64,000 bases of DNA from Octopus vulgaris (lineage: Eukaryota): assembly GCA_951406725.2 (NCBI GenBank), contig OX597839.1, positions 39,556,001-39,620,000 on the forward strand, in the 5' to 3' direction. Position numbers and translations under genes: made by a program. Shown piece after piece: positions 26,940 to 40,511 of the stretch. Position 1 is the first letter of the stretch. Each line of letters begins with the position of its first letter. The notes below the pieces were generated by a model, which was given only the letters and a program-made list of their open reading frames with translations, was not told the DNA's origin and made no database searches.

Positions 26940-27620
26940 GTCTGTTTTCTCTTTCCCTTCCCTTCTCTCTCTTTCTTCTTTCTTTCTCTTTATTCACTCA
27001 CTTTCTCTCACTCTTTCTCTCTTTTTCTCTCTCATTTGCTTTCTCTCTTTCTCTTTCTCCTCTTTTCCCTCTCGTTCTCTCTCTCTTTCTCACCTCTCTC
27101 TCTTTCTCACCTCTCTCTCTTTCTCACCTCTCTCTCACCTCCCTTGCTTTTATTCCTCTCTCTCTCTTTCTCTTCGCCCCTCTTTATTCTTTCTTTCACT
27201 TTTTTCACTCACTTTCTCTCTCTTTCTGTCTTTTCTCTCTCATTCGCTTTCTCTCTTTCTCTCTCTTCTTCTCCCCTCTCACTTTTTTCTTCACTCTCTC
27301 TCTTTCTCCTCTTTTCTCTCTCATTCTCTCTCTACCCCTCTCTCACTTCTCTTGCTTTCATTCCTCTCTCTCTCTCTTTCATTCCCCCTCTCTTTCTTCT
27401 TTCTTTCTCTTTTTTCAGTCAATTTCACTCTTTCCCTCACTCTTTCTCTCTTTTTCTCTCTCATTCACTTTCTCTCTTCCTCTCTCTTTTTATCTCTCTT
27501 TTTCTCCTCTCTCACTTTTTTCTTCACTCTCCCTCTCTCTTTCTCTCTCGTTCTCTCTCTCTCTTTCTCTCTTGTTCTCTCTCTCTCTCTCACCTTCTTT
27601 CCCCTCTCTCTCTTTCTTTC
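26940..27620. repeat. ~680-bp polypyrimidine (CT-rich) tract with internal block duplications
   Basis: Almost purely C/T; CTCACTCTTTCTCTCTTTTTCTCTCTCATT recurs at ~27007 and ~27436. Confidence 0.93.
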
Positions 27621-28149
27621 GCCGAACACACAATCCCATTTACAGAAAACATGAACGCCATTCACGCAAATACATACACACTCACACACCCTCTCGCGCC
27701 CCCACCACAAAAAAAAAAACAAACAAAAAATAAACATACATACATACATACACACATACACATATACACATACACATACACATAGATATAGATACATAAT
27801 TAGGAGAGAAAAAAAACACACGACAAAACAAACCAAAAAGAACCAAAAAAGGAACCGCAAGAAAGAAATAAAAAAACAGAAGAATTCTATCTGGAAATCC
27901 GGAAACGCGGAAGACATGTGTAGAATTTGATACCACAGATCTAAATGTGGAATCAAAGAAGCTGAAATGTTGGGTTAAAAACATTCTTCACACAAAATGG
28001 ACAGTCCAGGGAAAGACTTTGATGTTTTTAGCACCACTTAGCACTGTCTTTGAGGATTAACAGTAAAACTTGTAATATCTGATCATGCTTGGAATAGCAG
28101 TTGACGGATTAAAAGAATGAAAGAATGTTCCCTCGCTATGTAGAAATTA

Positions 28150-28173
28150 TATATATGTATATATATATGTGTG

Positions 28174-28238
<65 letters not shown>

Positions 28239-28338
28239 ATATATATATGTATGTATGTATATATATATATATATACACATACATATATATATATATTCAT
28301 ACATATGTATATATACATGCATATATATACACATACAC

Positions 28339-28369
<31 letters not shown>

Positions 28370-28374
28370 TATAT

Positions 28375-28417
<43 letters not shown>

Positions 28418-28553
28418 TATACATATATGTATACACACATATATGTATGCATACATATACATATATATATATATATGTATACATATACATACATGCATAT
28501 ATGTATACACATATACATACATATATATATACATATATATGTATATATATGTA

Positions 28554-28592
<39 letters not shown>

Positions 28593-28787
28593 ACATACAT
28601 ATATATATGTATGCATACATACATATATATACACACATAAATATATACATAATGGTATACATGCATATTTATATTTATGTATATATATACATTTATACAT
28701 ATACATTATATATATATATATATATATATATGCACATGCATATACACACATATATACGTACACATACATATGCATACACCCACATAA

Positions 28788-28823
<36 letters not shown>

Positions 28824-28930
28824 ATACTCACACGCTGATATATATATATATATATATGCATATACACAGATATACATATATGCATACACATATGCACACA
28901 TATACACATGCACATATATACACATGCACA
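28150..28930. repeat. (TA)/(CA)/(TG) compound microsatellite
   Basis: Direct reading. Confidence 0.95.
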
Positions 28931-29229
28931 TGTGATAAGGATACTGTTCAATAAACTTTTAGATATCCAGGTTCTATACACCCTCTTAATACACAGTATT
29001 GTGTGAGTAAGGTTTCTGCTGGTATGACGGTGTCTATGTATAGACATGGAAGGTTGCATGTGCGGCTGCACTTGTGCATGTGGACATGTGTTGGTGTGTA
29101 TGTGTGGATGTGCAGGTGTGTTTGCAGAGGTATGTAGGTGGGTCTATGTTGAGTTGCAGGTGTGTGCATTCTACATAATGATTCGTAAAGAGAATATGAT
29201 TGCATTTATGGATAGTAGTGCACACAACA

Positions 29230-29647
29230 CATCTATCTATCTATCTATCTACCTACCTACCTACCTACCTACCTACCTACCCTATCTATCTATCTATCTA
29301 TCTATCTACCTACCTACCAACCTACCTACCTACCTACCTATATCTATCTATCTATCTATCTACCTACCTACCTACCTACCAACCTACCTACCTACCTACC
29401 TATATCTATCTATCTATCTATCTATCTATCTACCTACCTACCTACCTACCTACCTACCTATATCTATCTATCTATCTATCTATCTACCTACCTACCTACC
29501 TACCAACCTACCTACCTACCTACCTATATCTATCTATCTATCTATCTACCTACCTACCAACCTACCTACCTACCTACCTACCTATATCTATCTATCTATC
29601 TATCTATCTACCTACCTACCTACCTACCAACCTACCTACCTACCTAC

Positions 29648-29682
<35 letters not shown>

Positions 29683-29826
29683 CCTACATACCAACCTACC
29701 TACCTACCTACCTATATCTATCTATCTATCTATCTATCTATCTACCTACCTACCAACCTACCTACCTACCTACCTATATCTATCTATCTATCTACCTACC
29801 TACCAACCTACCTACCTACCTACCTA

Positions 29827-29857
<31 letters not shown>

Positions 29858-29950
29858 ATACCTACCTACCTACGTACGTATGTACCTACCTACCTACGTA
29901 CATATGTACCTACCTACCTACCTATCTACCTACCTAACTATCTATCTATA
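29230..29950. repeat. Alternating (CTAT)n/(CTAC)n array with recurring ACCAACCT variant
   Basis: Direct reading; higher-order block structure. Confidence 0.95.
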
Positions 29951-29979
29951 ATACTTAGACATCCATACATGCACATGTA

Positions 29980-30023
<44 letters not shown>

Positions 30024-30026
30024 TAA

Positions 30027-30240
30027 AGTTAACCCAAACAAGAAAACAAAAAGACAACAACGCAAGGATGTGGAACAAATAAAGTATTATTGGACGCTCA
30101 GGAAAGAAGGGAAGAAGGAGGGTTTGACGTTTCGAGCGGAGCTCTTCGTCGGAAACATAGGAGAAAGAAAGATCCCGAGACGGGAGGACAGAGGAAAAAA
30201 AAATTGCAGGTGGTATTCACGAGGTCACATACTAAAAAGA
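30027..30240 (-). mobile_element. Element H1 copy in (TA)n
   Basis: Homologous to 4574-4779. Confidence 0.8.
30122..30156 (-). ncRNA. Minimal type-I hammerhead-like motif, GUC cleavage triplet, C4 core variant
   Basis: GUUU-CCGACGA-A-GAGC-UCC-GCUC-GAAA-CG-UC-AAAC: helix I GUUU/AAAC, helix II GAGC/GCUC, palindromic ACGU helix III. Confidence 0.6.
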
Positions 30241-30262
30241 TGATATATATATATATATATTT

Positions 30263-30620
30263 ATATCAGGTCATCCTATAAGTTCTGTCCGAATTTTGAA
30301 TAAAGAAAACAAGTGATCAAATGTTATATTTAATTGAAATTTAATCACAAATGTACTTTCCCTGATTATCTATGACTTTCTTCCATCTATTTACAAGCTT
30401 TTTAATCCCATCAATGTAAAACTCTTTTGGTTTCAAAGCGAAGAACTCTGAAATGTCAGTTTTGACCTCCTCCTGGCTTGCGAAAGTTATGTCCCCCAAA
30501 TGGTTCTGTAAACTACAAAACAAATGGTAGTCTGAAGGAGCAAGGTCGGGAGAATAAGGTGGGTGAGGAAGTTTTTCCTAACCAAGCTCTTCGATCTTCT
30601 GTGATGTGATCTTTGCAGTG
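30263..30620 (-). mobile_element. mariner transposon 3' fragment
   Basis: PHPPYSPDLAPSDYHLFCSLQNHL...FYIDGIKKLVNRWKKVIDNQGKY = mariner YSPDL motif and C-terminus; terminal sequence ends at a TA. Confidence 0.92.
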
Positions 30621-30822
30621 TGGGGTCATGCAGGGGTCGGTGGCAATCCCTGCTGTACTCTTTTGCCACAACTTTCTCTCACTCTTTCTTCTGTTGGCCT
30701 GCTCACTTAGCCAGCGGGGTGGCATCATTTGAAGGCTAAAACAAAGCGAAGCGCATTGTGACCAGCGATGTGTAGCAGCATCTGATAGCCTGGGCTGTCA
30801 CGGTGATCATGGTGATACACAC

Positions 30823-30854
<32 letters not shown>

Positions 30855-30889
30855 GTATATACGTATATATTTATTTATTATTTAAAACA

Positions 30890-30981
30890 TTTTGATTTGG
30901 GTTCTTTGCTACTTCAAGTCTGCCTCCTTCAGGCTCTGGAAGGCCTGTGAAACTTGAAATAGCACAGAAACCAAATCAAAA
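30890..30981. repeat. Inverted repeat, 30-bp arms with 3 mismatches (MITE-like hairpin)
   Basis: TTTTGATTTGGGTTCTTTGCTACTTCAAGT ... ACTTGAAATAGCACAGAAACCAAATCAAAA. Confidence 0.8.
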
Positions 30982-32290
30982 CTCAGAAATATTAAATTTC
31001 TAAATATCTCATAGAGATATATGCAGTGGTGGAGCGATAGAGTGGTTGTGTACTGTCAATTTAACGTGACAGTCCCGTAAGGGAATTACACCACTGCTAT
31101 TTAGCTCTAGGAAGCATCGACGCTTCCTGTTGGCCTTGACACATTTCCTGTGTCCTTACATATTTACGAAGGGGAGACAAACACCCCCAACAGCTAGGCC
31201 TGCATCTAGAGACATGCATGTTTCTGGGTCAAATCATACAAATCAAACTGTTATATATATATATAAATCCAATGGGCTTCTTTGAGTTTCCATCGACCAA
31301 GTTCACTCACAAAGCTTTGGTTGGCCGAGGGCCATAGTAGAAAACACTTGCCCTCAGTACCCCACTGTGGGACTGGACCCAAAACCTCATAATTGGAAGG
31401 CAATCTTCTCAACCATACGGCCACACCTGCATCTCCACTTCATAAGATTTCGAAAAATATTTTAAAGTATTTTTGTGAAATACAAACAGTAAACGATGGG
31501 GAAAATGCAAGAAGAAAAGAAGACAGAAAAAGGAGGAAAGTGCAAGAATATAAAAGAGGAAAATAAATAACAGAAGAACGATTGTAATCTTGGGAATTAA
31601 ATGGTAAATAAAGCAAGACTTGAGGAATTATCAGCTGGTTGGATAATCCTTGTATTGTGGAGATTCTATAGAATGGTTCGTCTGTATTTGGCAGGTCTGG
31701 AATTGGAATTGATCAGAATGGAAGGGAAATAGAGGGCTGTGTATATATAATTATGTCTTGATGTGAGAGTAGAAGAAGGAGAGAGAAGGAGAGAGAGGAA
31801 GAGAGAGAGGGAGAGAGAGAAGAGAGAGAGTGACTGATAAATAATGTAGGCATAATAAATATATATAAAAAACGTAAATGTGTATGTAAATATCTGTAAC
31901 TGTGTGTATATGTATATATCTACATAAATATATATATGTAATTTGTACATGTCCTTGTGTATGTGTATGTATATATATATATATACACGTGTATATATAT
32001 ATGCACACACATATATATATCATAAATATACACATATATATATTATATACATACATATATATATTATATACATACATATATATATATATATATGTACACA
32101 CACACACATATATATATCATAAATATACACATATATATATTATATACATACATATATATATTATATACATACATATACATATATATATACATACATATAC
32201 ATATATATATACATACATATATATATACATACATATATATATACATACATATATATATACATACATATATATATACATACATATATATAT

Positions 32291-32334
<44 letters not shown>

Positions 32335-32914
32335 TTAAATAATAAACTCAGGATTTAAATGCATGCTAAGTTTCATGCTCTGATAGTAGAATAATCAGAC
32401 AGGTTTGTTTAGTGTGCTGTACATTATTTTGCAATTATTCAGCCTCAGAGAACATGGCTGCTCCCTTGAGATAAAGTGAGAGAAGAAAACAAGGGGAAAA
32501 AATATATCAAAAGAAAGAACGGTACATGCACAGTGGGATTGAACCTGTTGTTAGAGAACAAAAATAAAACACCTTAACCCACACAGCTAAGCTTGCACCA
32601 AGGTCAGAAATTCTAGATCTGTTTAATATATATCTGAATGTAGATGGGTATGGTCACTGCCGGAGCAGTGATGGCATGTGGAGAATCGATAGAGCATCAT
32701 ACAAAATGCCTGGTGATATTTATCTCAAATCTTTACATTCCGAGTTCAAATCCTGCCAAGTTCAGCTTTGTCTTTTATTGTATATAGGTCAATAAAAAAA
32801 GAATACCTGTTATGTACTGGAGGCCAACTGACCCTACCCCTTCAAAAATTACTGGGCTTGTGCCAAAATGAGAAACTATAATTAAAATGAGAAAAGCCAG
32901 GGATCTAACAAAAC

Positions 32915-33337
32915 CAGTAGAGAATCAGATTGTTTACGGAAGACCAGCCATGGCCCATGCCTATCAGCCACCCCTCTCCATACCATTATATGTACATAGG
33001 GTAAAGGGCAAAGAACCTCTTTGGTCATGAATGACCATGGGATTGCACCTAGAAAGTTCCCCTGTGAGGCACATGTTTGGTCAAGGTTGTTTATGGAAGA
33101 CCAGCAATGGCCCATGCATACCAGCCTCCTCTCTTGTGTTATCCAAGAGAAAGGCAAAGGGGCCGATACAGCTTGGCACCAGTGACATCACAACTCATTT
33201 CTACAGATGAGTGAACTGGAGCAACGTGAAATAAAGTGTCTTGCTCAAGAACACAACACACAGCCCAATCTGGGAACTGAACTCAAACCTCATGATTCTG
33301 AGCTTGATGCTTTAACCACTGAGCCATGCACCTTCAC
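32915..33337 (-). mobile_element. tRNA-headed CORE-like SINE, family D
   Basis: Minus head GAAGGTGCATGGCTCAGTGGTTAAAGC...GAGTTCAGTTCCC, then TTCTTGAGCAAGACAC...CACTCATCTGTAGAAATGAG; second copy 63380-63646. Confidence 0.8.
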
Positions 33338-33394
33338 TAAGTGATGAAAATGCGTAGTTATTAGGTCTCTATCACAAAAGCACATGGATTGGTC

Positions 33395-33400
33395 TGCATG

Positions 33401-33432
<32 letters not shown>

Positions 33433-33697
33433 TTCAGTTAATGGCCATCTTCCAAGATGGCATGATTGGATGGTTTGACAGGATCTGGCAAACCACGGGA
33501 CAGCATCAAGTTCCAAATCTACTTTTTGCATGGTTTCTATGCTGTTATTGTTGTTGTTGTTGTTGTTGTTGTCGTTGCTGTTTCGTTGTAGAACCACATG
33601 GAAGAACAATGGTTATAATGGTGATGGTGATGATGATGATGATGATGATGATGATAGTGATGATGATCATGGTGATGATGGAGATGGCGATGGTGAA

Positions 33698-33737
<40 letters not shown>

Positions 33738-33749
33738 GTGATGATGATC

Positions 33750-33798
<49 letters not shown>

Positions 33799-34150
33799 AA
33801 AAACAAAATATTTTTTTGTCTGGTTTCAGCTCACAAGCTGTGGCCATGCTGGGGCACTGCCATTATGATGATGTTAAATGATGAAGATGATGATGATTAT
33901 AAGTGCTGATGGTGATGTTGTTGATGAAGATGATGATAATGGTGATGAGTGATACTGCTGCTGATGAGGATGACGATGACGGTGATAGCGATGAGGACCA
34001 TCTTGATATAGGTGATGTGGTGACATTGATGATGATTATGAAGCTGCTGCTGCTACGGCTACTACTGCTGCCAATGCCACTACTGCAGCCACTGCTGCTG
34101 CTGATGGGTATTATCATCTCAATGATGATGATGATGATCATTATCATTAT
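33395..34150. repeat. (CAT)/(GAT)/(GTT) microsatellite field with family C remnant (33420-33541)
   Basis: Direct reading. Confidence 0.88.
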
Positions 34151-34608
34151 AACGATGGTTGATATTACTAAAAGCAATAATAGCACACAAACGCCACCAA
34201 TAAACACTTCAAGCAGAAGATAAGACCAAGAAAGGTATAAAAATTGTTGGTGGACCTCAGAGTTTTATTATTTCGAACAAGATATAAAAGAACTAATAAG
34301 GAATATGATAAAACATGTGGAATAACATCGGCAGAAGTGGGGAAACATAATAAAATAACCCCAAAACCCCAAAACAAAAACAAAAACAAAAACAAACAAT
34401 AATAAAAAACAGGAGAGAACAGCAGAGTTTTTGTTTTATATTACAGGTTTAAGAGAAAAGCTGTCTGCTATGTGTGTGTATATATAGGTCGATGGATATA
34501 GATGTAGATGTACACATTGACGCCCATGTGCATATATTTGTGTGTGTATGGGTGTCTACTCACATACGCACACACATATACATATATACAAATATATATG
34601 TATATGTT

Positions 34609-34644
<36 letters not shown>

Positions 34645-34825
34645 TTATATATATATATACACGTAGATAGATAGATAAAAATATATACGCTCACATATGT
34701 GTGTATGTGTGTTTATATATATGTATATACATATGCACCAATACTTGTACATGTATATATATTTTATATATACCTGTGTGTGTGTGCATTTGTATTATGT
34801 ACACACATACGTATATGCAAATATG

Positions 34826-34880
<55 letters not shown>

Positions 34881-34887
34881 TCATATA

Positions 34888-34972
<85 letters not shown>

Positions 34973-35275
34973 CATATATCAAACATATATACATATATAT
35001 ACATGTTTTATATAATCTATATGTAAATTTATACTTATATATTTACATATAGATTATATAAAACATTTATATATATATATATATATATATATATCACATA
35101 CATACATATATCAATGTGCCTATAGATACAGAGATAGAGCGCCAATGGATCTATTTATCTATCGATCGAAGAATTTATATGCATACAGATAAATGTACAC
35201 AAATTTATGCATAAACTTTATGTGTGTATATATATATATATATATATCAACAAGAAAACACAGGCATATGCATGA

Positions 35276-35313
<38 letters not shown>

Positions 35314-35666
35314 GAAGACATAGGCATATGCATGTGTATGTATATATATATATATATATATATATTGTTAAACACGTATACACACATGAACAGTTGTATA
35401 CACACTTACGCATATATATATATGCGTAAGTGTGTATACAACTGTTCATGTGTGTATACGTGTTTAACAAGGCCAGAAACATAACTCAATGCTAATAATT
35501 TGGTCTATTGTTGCTCGTAAAAGCAACGATGGCAAAAGAAATAATAGAAGGAAGAATTACACCAATTTTAGCATCACAGAGTCTCCAAGAGAGAATTCTT
35601 CAACACAAGTTCATGTCGTAAAAGCAAAGTGTTTACTGTACTATTATTTCTATTATTCTTACATGT

Positions 35667-35721
<55 letters not shown>

Positions 35722-35817
35722 TTGTTTTATTATACACTTTGTATGAAAACCTTCTTGTCTTACACAATAAAGACAGCTTGTCTAACAGGCAAATTAGAGA
35801 GGGGTATGTATGTGTAT

Positions 35818-36112
35818 GGGGAGGCACATGGCCTAGTGGTTAGAGCAGTGGACTCGCGGTCGAGGGATCATGGGTTCGAATCTCAGACCGGGCAGTGTGT
35901 GTGGTTATGAGCGAAACACCTAAGCTACAGGCGGCTCCGGCAGAAGGTAATGGCGAACTTCTGATTGTTTTGCTACAACTTTCTCTCTTTCTTCCTGCAT
36001 TGTGCAGCTCACCTGTAATGGACCGGCGTCCCATCCAGGTGGGGAACCTATACGCCAAGGAAACCGGGAAACTGGCCCTATGAGCCAGGCGTGGCACAAG
36101 AAGGAACAAACA
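35818..36112 (+). mobile_element. tRNA-headed V-domain-like SINE, family E
   Basis: A box TGGCCTAGTGG, B box GGTTCGAATC; CCTGTAATGGACCGGCGTCCCATCCAGG...GAAACCGGG resembles the V-SINE central domain. Confidence 0.7.
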
Positions 36113-36153
36113 ACATGGAGTAACACGAAACGAAGTGTTTTGCTCAAGAACAC

Positions 36154-36374
36154 AAGCTCGTGCCGATTTATAGTAGCTTACCTTTCGACTTATTTTAGAA
36201 CATGGCGCAGGAGTGGCTGTGTGGTAAGTAGCTTGCTAACCAACCACATGGTTCCGGGTTCAGTCCCACTGCGTGGCATCTTGGGCAAGTGTCTTCTGCT
36301 ATAGCCCCGGGCCGACCAATGCCTTGTGAGTGGATTTGGTAGACGGAAACTGAAAGAAGCCTGTCGTATATATG

Positions 36375-36407
<33 letters not shown>

Positions 36408-37122
36408 TTGTGTGTCTGTGTTTGTCCCCCTAGCATTGCCTGACAACCGATGCTGGTGTGTTTACATCCCCGTCACTTAGCGGTTCGGCAAAAGAGACCG
36501 ATAGAATAAGTACTGGGCTTACAAAGAATAAGTTCCGGGGTCGATTTGCTCGACTAAAGGCGGTGCTCCAGCATGGCCGCAGTCAAATGACTGAAACAAG
36601 TAAAAGAGTAAAAGAGTAAAGAGTAGTCCATGAAATGGGATTTGACTACATCTCCATTTAGAGCACAGTTTAAGCTGTCTTTTCGTGGAAGAAGGTTTAT
36701 GTTCCTATAACCTGTGTTAATTCTGTAACCCTGTAAAATGGAAGACAAGAAAGTTCATTTTCGGCACTTGATGCTTTGAGAACCAGACAAAAATTGCTGC
36801 AGCTCGGCTGGGATGTGTTACCCCACCCTCCGTATTCACCAGATATTGCTCCTTCGGATTTCCACTTATTCAGGTCTCTGCAGAATAGTCTTAATGGTAA
36901 AAATTTCAATTCCTTGGATGACGTAAAAAGCTACCTTGATGAATTCTTTGCCATGAAACCATCTCAATTCTGGGAAGAGGGTATTTTCAAGTTAAAGGAA
37001 AGATGGAGACTCATTGTGCAACAAAATGGTTCATATTTGGTTGATTAAAAATGTAATGGCAAGTATTTACTGACATTTTCCTTTCCTTTAAAAATCGGCA
37101 CAAACTTTCCGGACAACCCAAT
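36154..37122 (+). mobile_element. Internally deleted mariner (mellifera-like) interrupted by SINE A
   Basis: Partial left TIR GTGCCGATTT (~36160) and right TIR AAATCGGCAC...GGACAACCCAATA; ATG at 36738 gives MEDKKVHFRHLML fused at ~36777 to RTRQKLLQLGWDVLPHPPYSPDIAPSDFHLFRSLQNSL...GSYLVD*. Confidence 0.92.
36204..36624 (+). mobile_element. SINE A full length nested in mariner 5' region
   Basis: Complete match. Confidence 0.93.
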
Positions 37123-37196
37123 ACAATCAACTGCATACTGTTACAGCAGGCTTTCACACACATTTGTCATACGTATGTGTAGTATGCGCGTGTGTG

Positions 37197-37836
<640 letters not shown>

Positions 37837-38105
37837 CTCGAAGAACTCCAACCAAGATTTTGCTGACACCTGTCTTCTCAATAATACATCCACCATATGT
37901 GACCATCATCAAAGTCCCTCCCCCACGACCACCACCACCACCACGACCATCACCACCGTCGCCACCTCTCACTGTTTAATGCATGTTTCGGTTGTTTCAT
38001 GTTTCATGCGATAAATACATTGATCTCCTTTTCATCTTCCCTTTAGAGTTCGATTATGTTTGTTGTCAGCTGTGACCAGATAGAATGCCTGGGAGCAATA
38101 ACTGC

Positions 38106-38191
<86 letters not shown>

Positions 38192-38354
38192 CGCACACAC
38201 TCTCTCTCTCTTGCTCTCTTTCTTTGCTGACTTCTGTCTTCCACTTTCTGTCTGTTTGTCTCACTTTGGTAGGCTGTGGGAGAGTTTGTGGAAGGGAGAC
38301 AGAGAAAGGAGAGACAGAGAGATAGAGAGAGAGCATGTTAGTAATATGGCTTGT

Positions 38355-38355
38355 A

Positions 38356-38416
<61 letters not shown>

Positions 38417-38591
38417 ATATGTATATATATGTATATATATATATATGTATATATATGTATATACATATATGTATATATGTATATATATATATATGTATAT
38501 ATATGTATATACATATATGTATATATATATATGTATAGATATGTATATATATGTATATATATATATATATGTATATATATGTATATATATG

Positions 38592-38659
<68 letters not shown>

Positions 38660-38800
38660 GTATGTATATATATGTATATATATATATATATATGATATAT
38701 ATATATATATATATATGAATATATATATATGAATATATATATATATGAATATATATATATGAATATATATATACATCATGTATATATATATATATATACA
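38355..38800. repeat. (TA)n/(TATG) microsatellite
   Basis: Direct reading. Confidence 0.96.
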
Positions 38801-38845
38801 TAACATACATGCGTAGACATAAATACACACACACACAAACACACA

Positions 38846-38890
<45 letters not shown>

Positions 38891-38990
38891 CCTTACACGC
38901 ATATATATATATATATATATATATATAGGCTTTATGTATGCATAGAATGGTGTGAAGCTAAAAGTTAGTCACCAACTGTTGCAACGTGGT

Positions 38991-39058
38991 GGTTTCATTT
39001 TTTCCCGATTATCAAACAACTTCCCATTAGCTCGCTTGATAATCGGGAACTTGAAACC
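38991..39058 (-). ncRNA. Pre-miRNA-like hairpin (candidate)
   Basis: Perfect 14-bp arms TTCCCGATTATCAA/TTGATAATCGGGAA, 7-bp basal stem GGTTTCA/TGAAACC; stem extends by G-U pairs only on the minus strand. Confidence 0.4.
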
Positions 39059-39299
39059 TTTAGATTATAGCAGAAGGAAGCTTAAAAGTCCAATTATGCA
39101 CGTATACGTGTGAATGTGTGTGTGTGTGTGTGTGTGTGCGTGTGTGTGTGCGCGTGTGTGTGTGTGCGTGTGTGTGTGTGTGTAGTTTGCTAGCCAGACA
39201 GATATAGAGAAATAGAAAGAAAAGTATACTATCGTGATGAATAATGAATTATATATTAATACACACACACACATTTGGGAAGGGAGCCGGTTGATCAGA

Positions 39300-40177
39300 T
39301 GGTACTTAATTTATCGACCCCGAAAGGATGAAAGGCGAAGTCGACTTCGGCGGAATTTGAACTCAGATCGTAAATACAAACGAAATACCTATTTCTTTAC
39401 TACCCACAAGGGGCTACCCACAGAGGGGGACAAACAAGGACAAACAACCGGATTAAGTCGATTACATCGACCCCAGTGCGTAACTGGTACTTAATTTATC
39501 GACCCCGAAAAGATGAAAGGCAAAGTCGACCACGGCGGAATTTGAACTCAGAACGTAAATACAAACGAAATACCTATTTCTTTACTACCCACAAGGGGCT
39601 ACCCACAGAGGGGGACAAACAAGGACAGACAAACGGATTAAGTCGATTACATCGACCCCAGTGCGTAACTGGTACTTAATTTATCGACCCCGGAAGGATG
39701 AAAGGCAAAGTCGACCTCGGCGGAATTTGAACTCAGATCGTAAATACAAACGAAATACCTATTTCTTTACTACCCACAAGGGGCTACCCACAGAGGGGGA
39801 CAAACAAGGACAGACAACCGGATTAAGTCGATTACATCGACCCCAGTGCGTAACTGGTACTTAATTTATCGACCCCGGAAGGATGAAAGGCAAAGTCGAC
39901 CTCGGCGGAATTTGAACTCAGAACGTAAATACAAACGAAATACCTATTTCTTTACTACCCACAAGGGGCTAAACATAGAGGGGACAAACAAGGACAGACA
40001 AACGGATTAAGTCGATTACATCGACTCCAGTGCGTAACTGGTGCTTAATTTATCGACCCCGGAAGGATGAAAGGCAAAATCGACCGCGGCGGAATTTGAA
40101 CTCAGAACGTAACGGCAGACGAAATACGGCTACGGATTTCGCCCGGCGTGCTAACGTTTCTGCCAGCTCACCGCCTT
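39300..40177 (-). mobile_element. SINE B with internal tandem array (~185-bp unit, ~4.5 copies)
   Basis: GTGCGTAACTGG recurs at 39476, 39661, 39846, 40030; single head at the 40177 end. Confidence 0.95.
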
Positions 40178-40511
40178 ACACATATATAGAATTAAGAGAC
40201 AGAACCTTCATCAAGTAATTCAATTAACAGTGAGAGATATTGTCTATAATAAAATATAAATTTAAATATATTATTCAACATATATTCTCTTTTAGGTGGT
40301 ATAGGGATATCTTTCAAAGATGAATTCCAAAATAGTGGTTCTGTCTTCCTTGCAGTCTCCATAACTAACGCAATTGAGAGTGGAATACAATCAACAAATT
40401 TTAGTTACAAATATAGTAATTTTATTAGTATTATAATTATTAATAATAGAGAATATAAAATTCCAAGGCAACAGGAGAAAAATGTATATAACAATTTTAA
40501 ATATATATATA

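Noticed and set aside
35818-35895. tRNA gene
   Set aside because: A/B boxes present but no complete cloverleaf or poly-T terminator; continues into SINE body. Same applies to SINE A and D heads.
39234-40218. Repeated ORFs MRNWYLIYRPRKDER...
   Set aside because: Antisense translations of SINE B units, not a tandem gene family.
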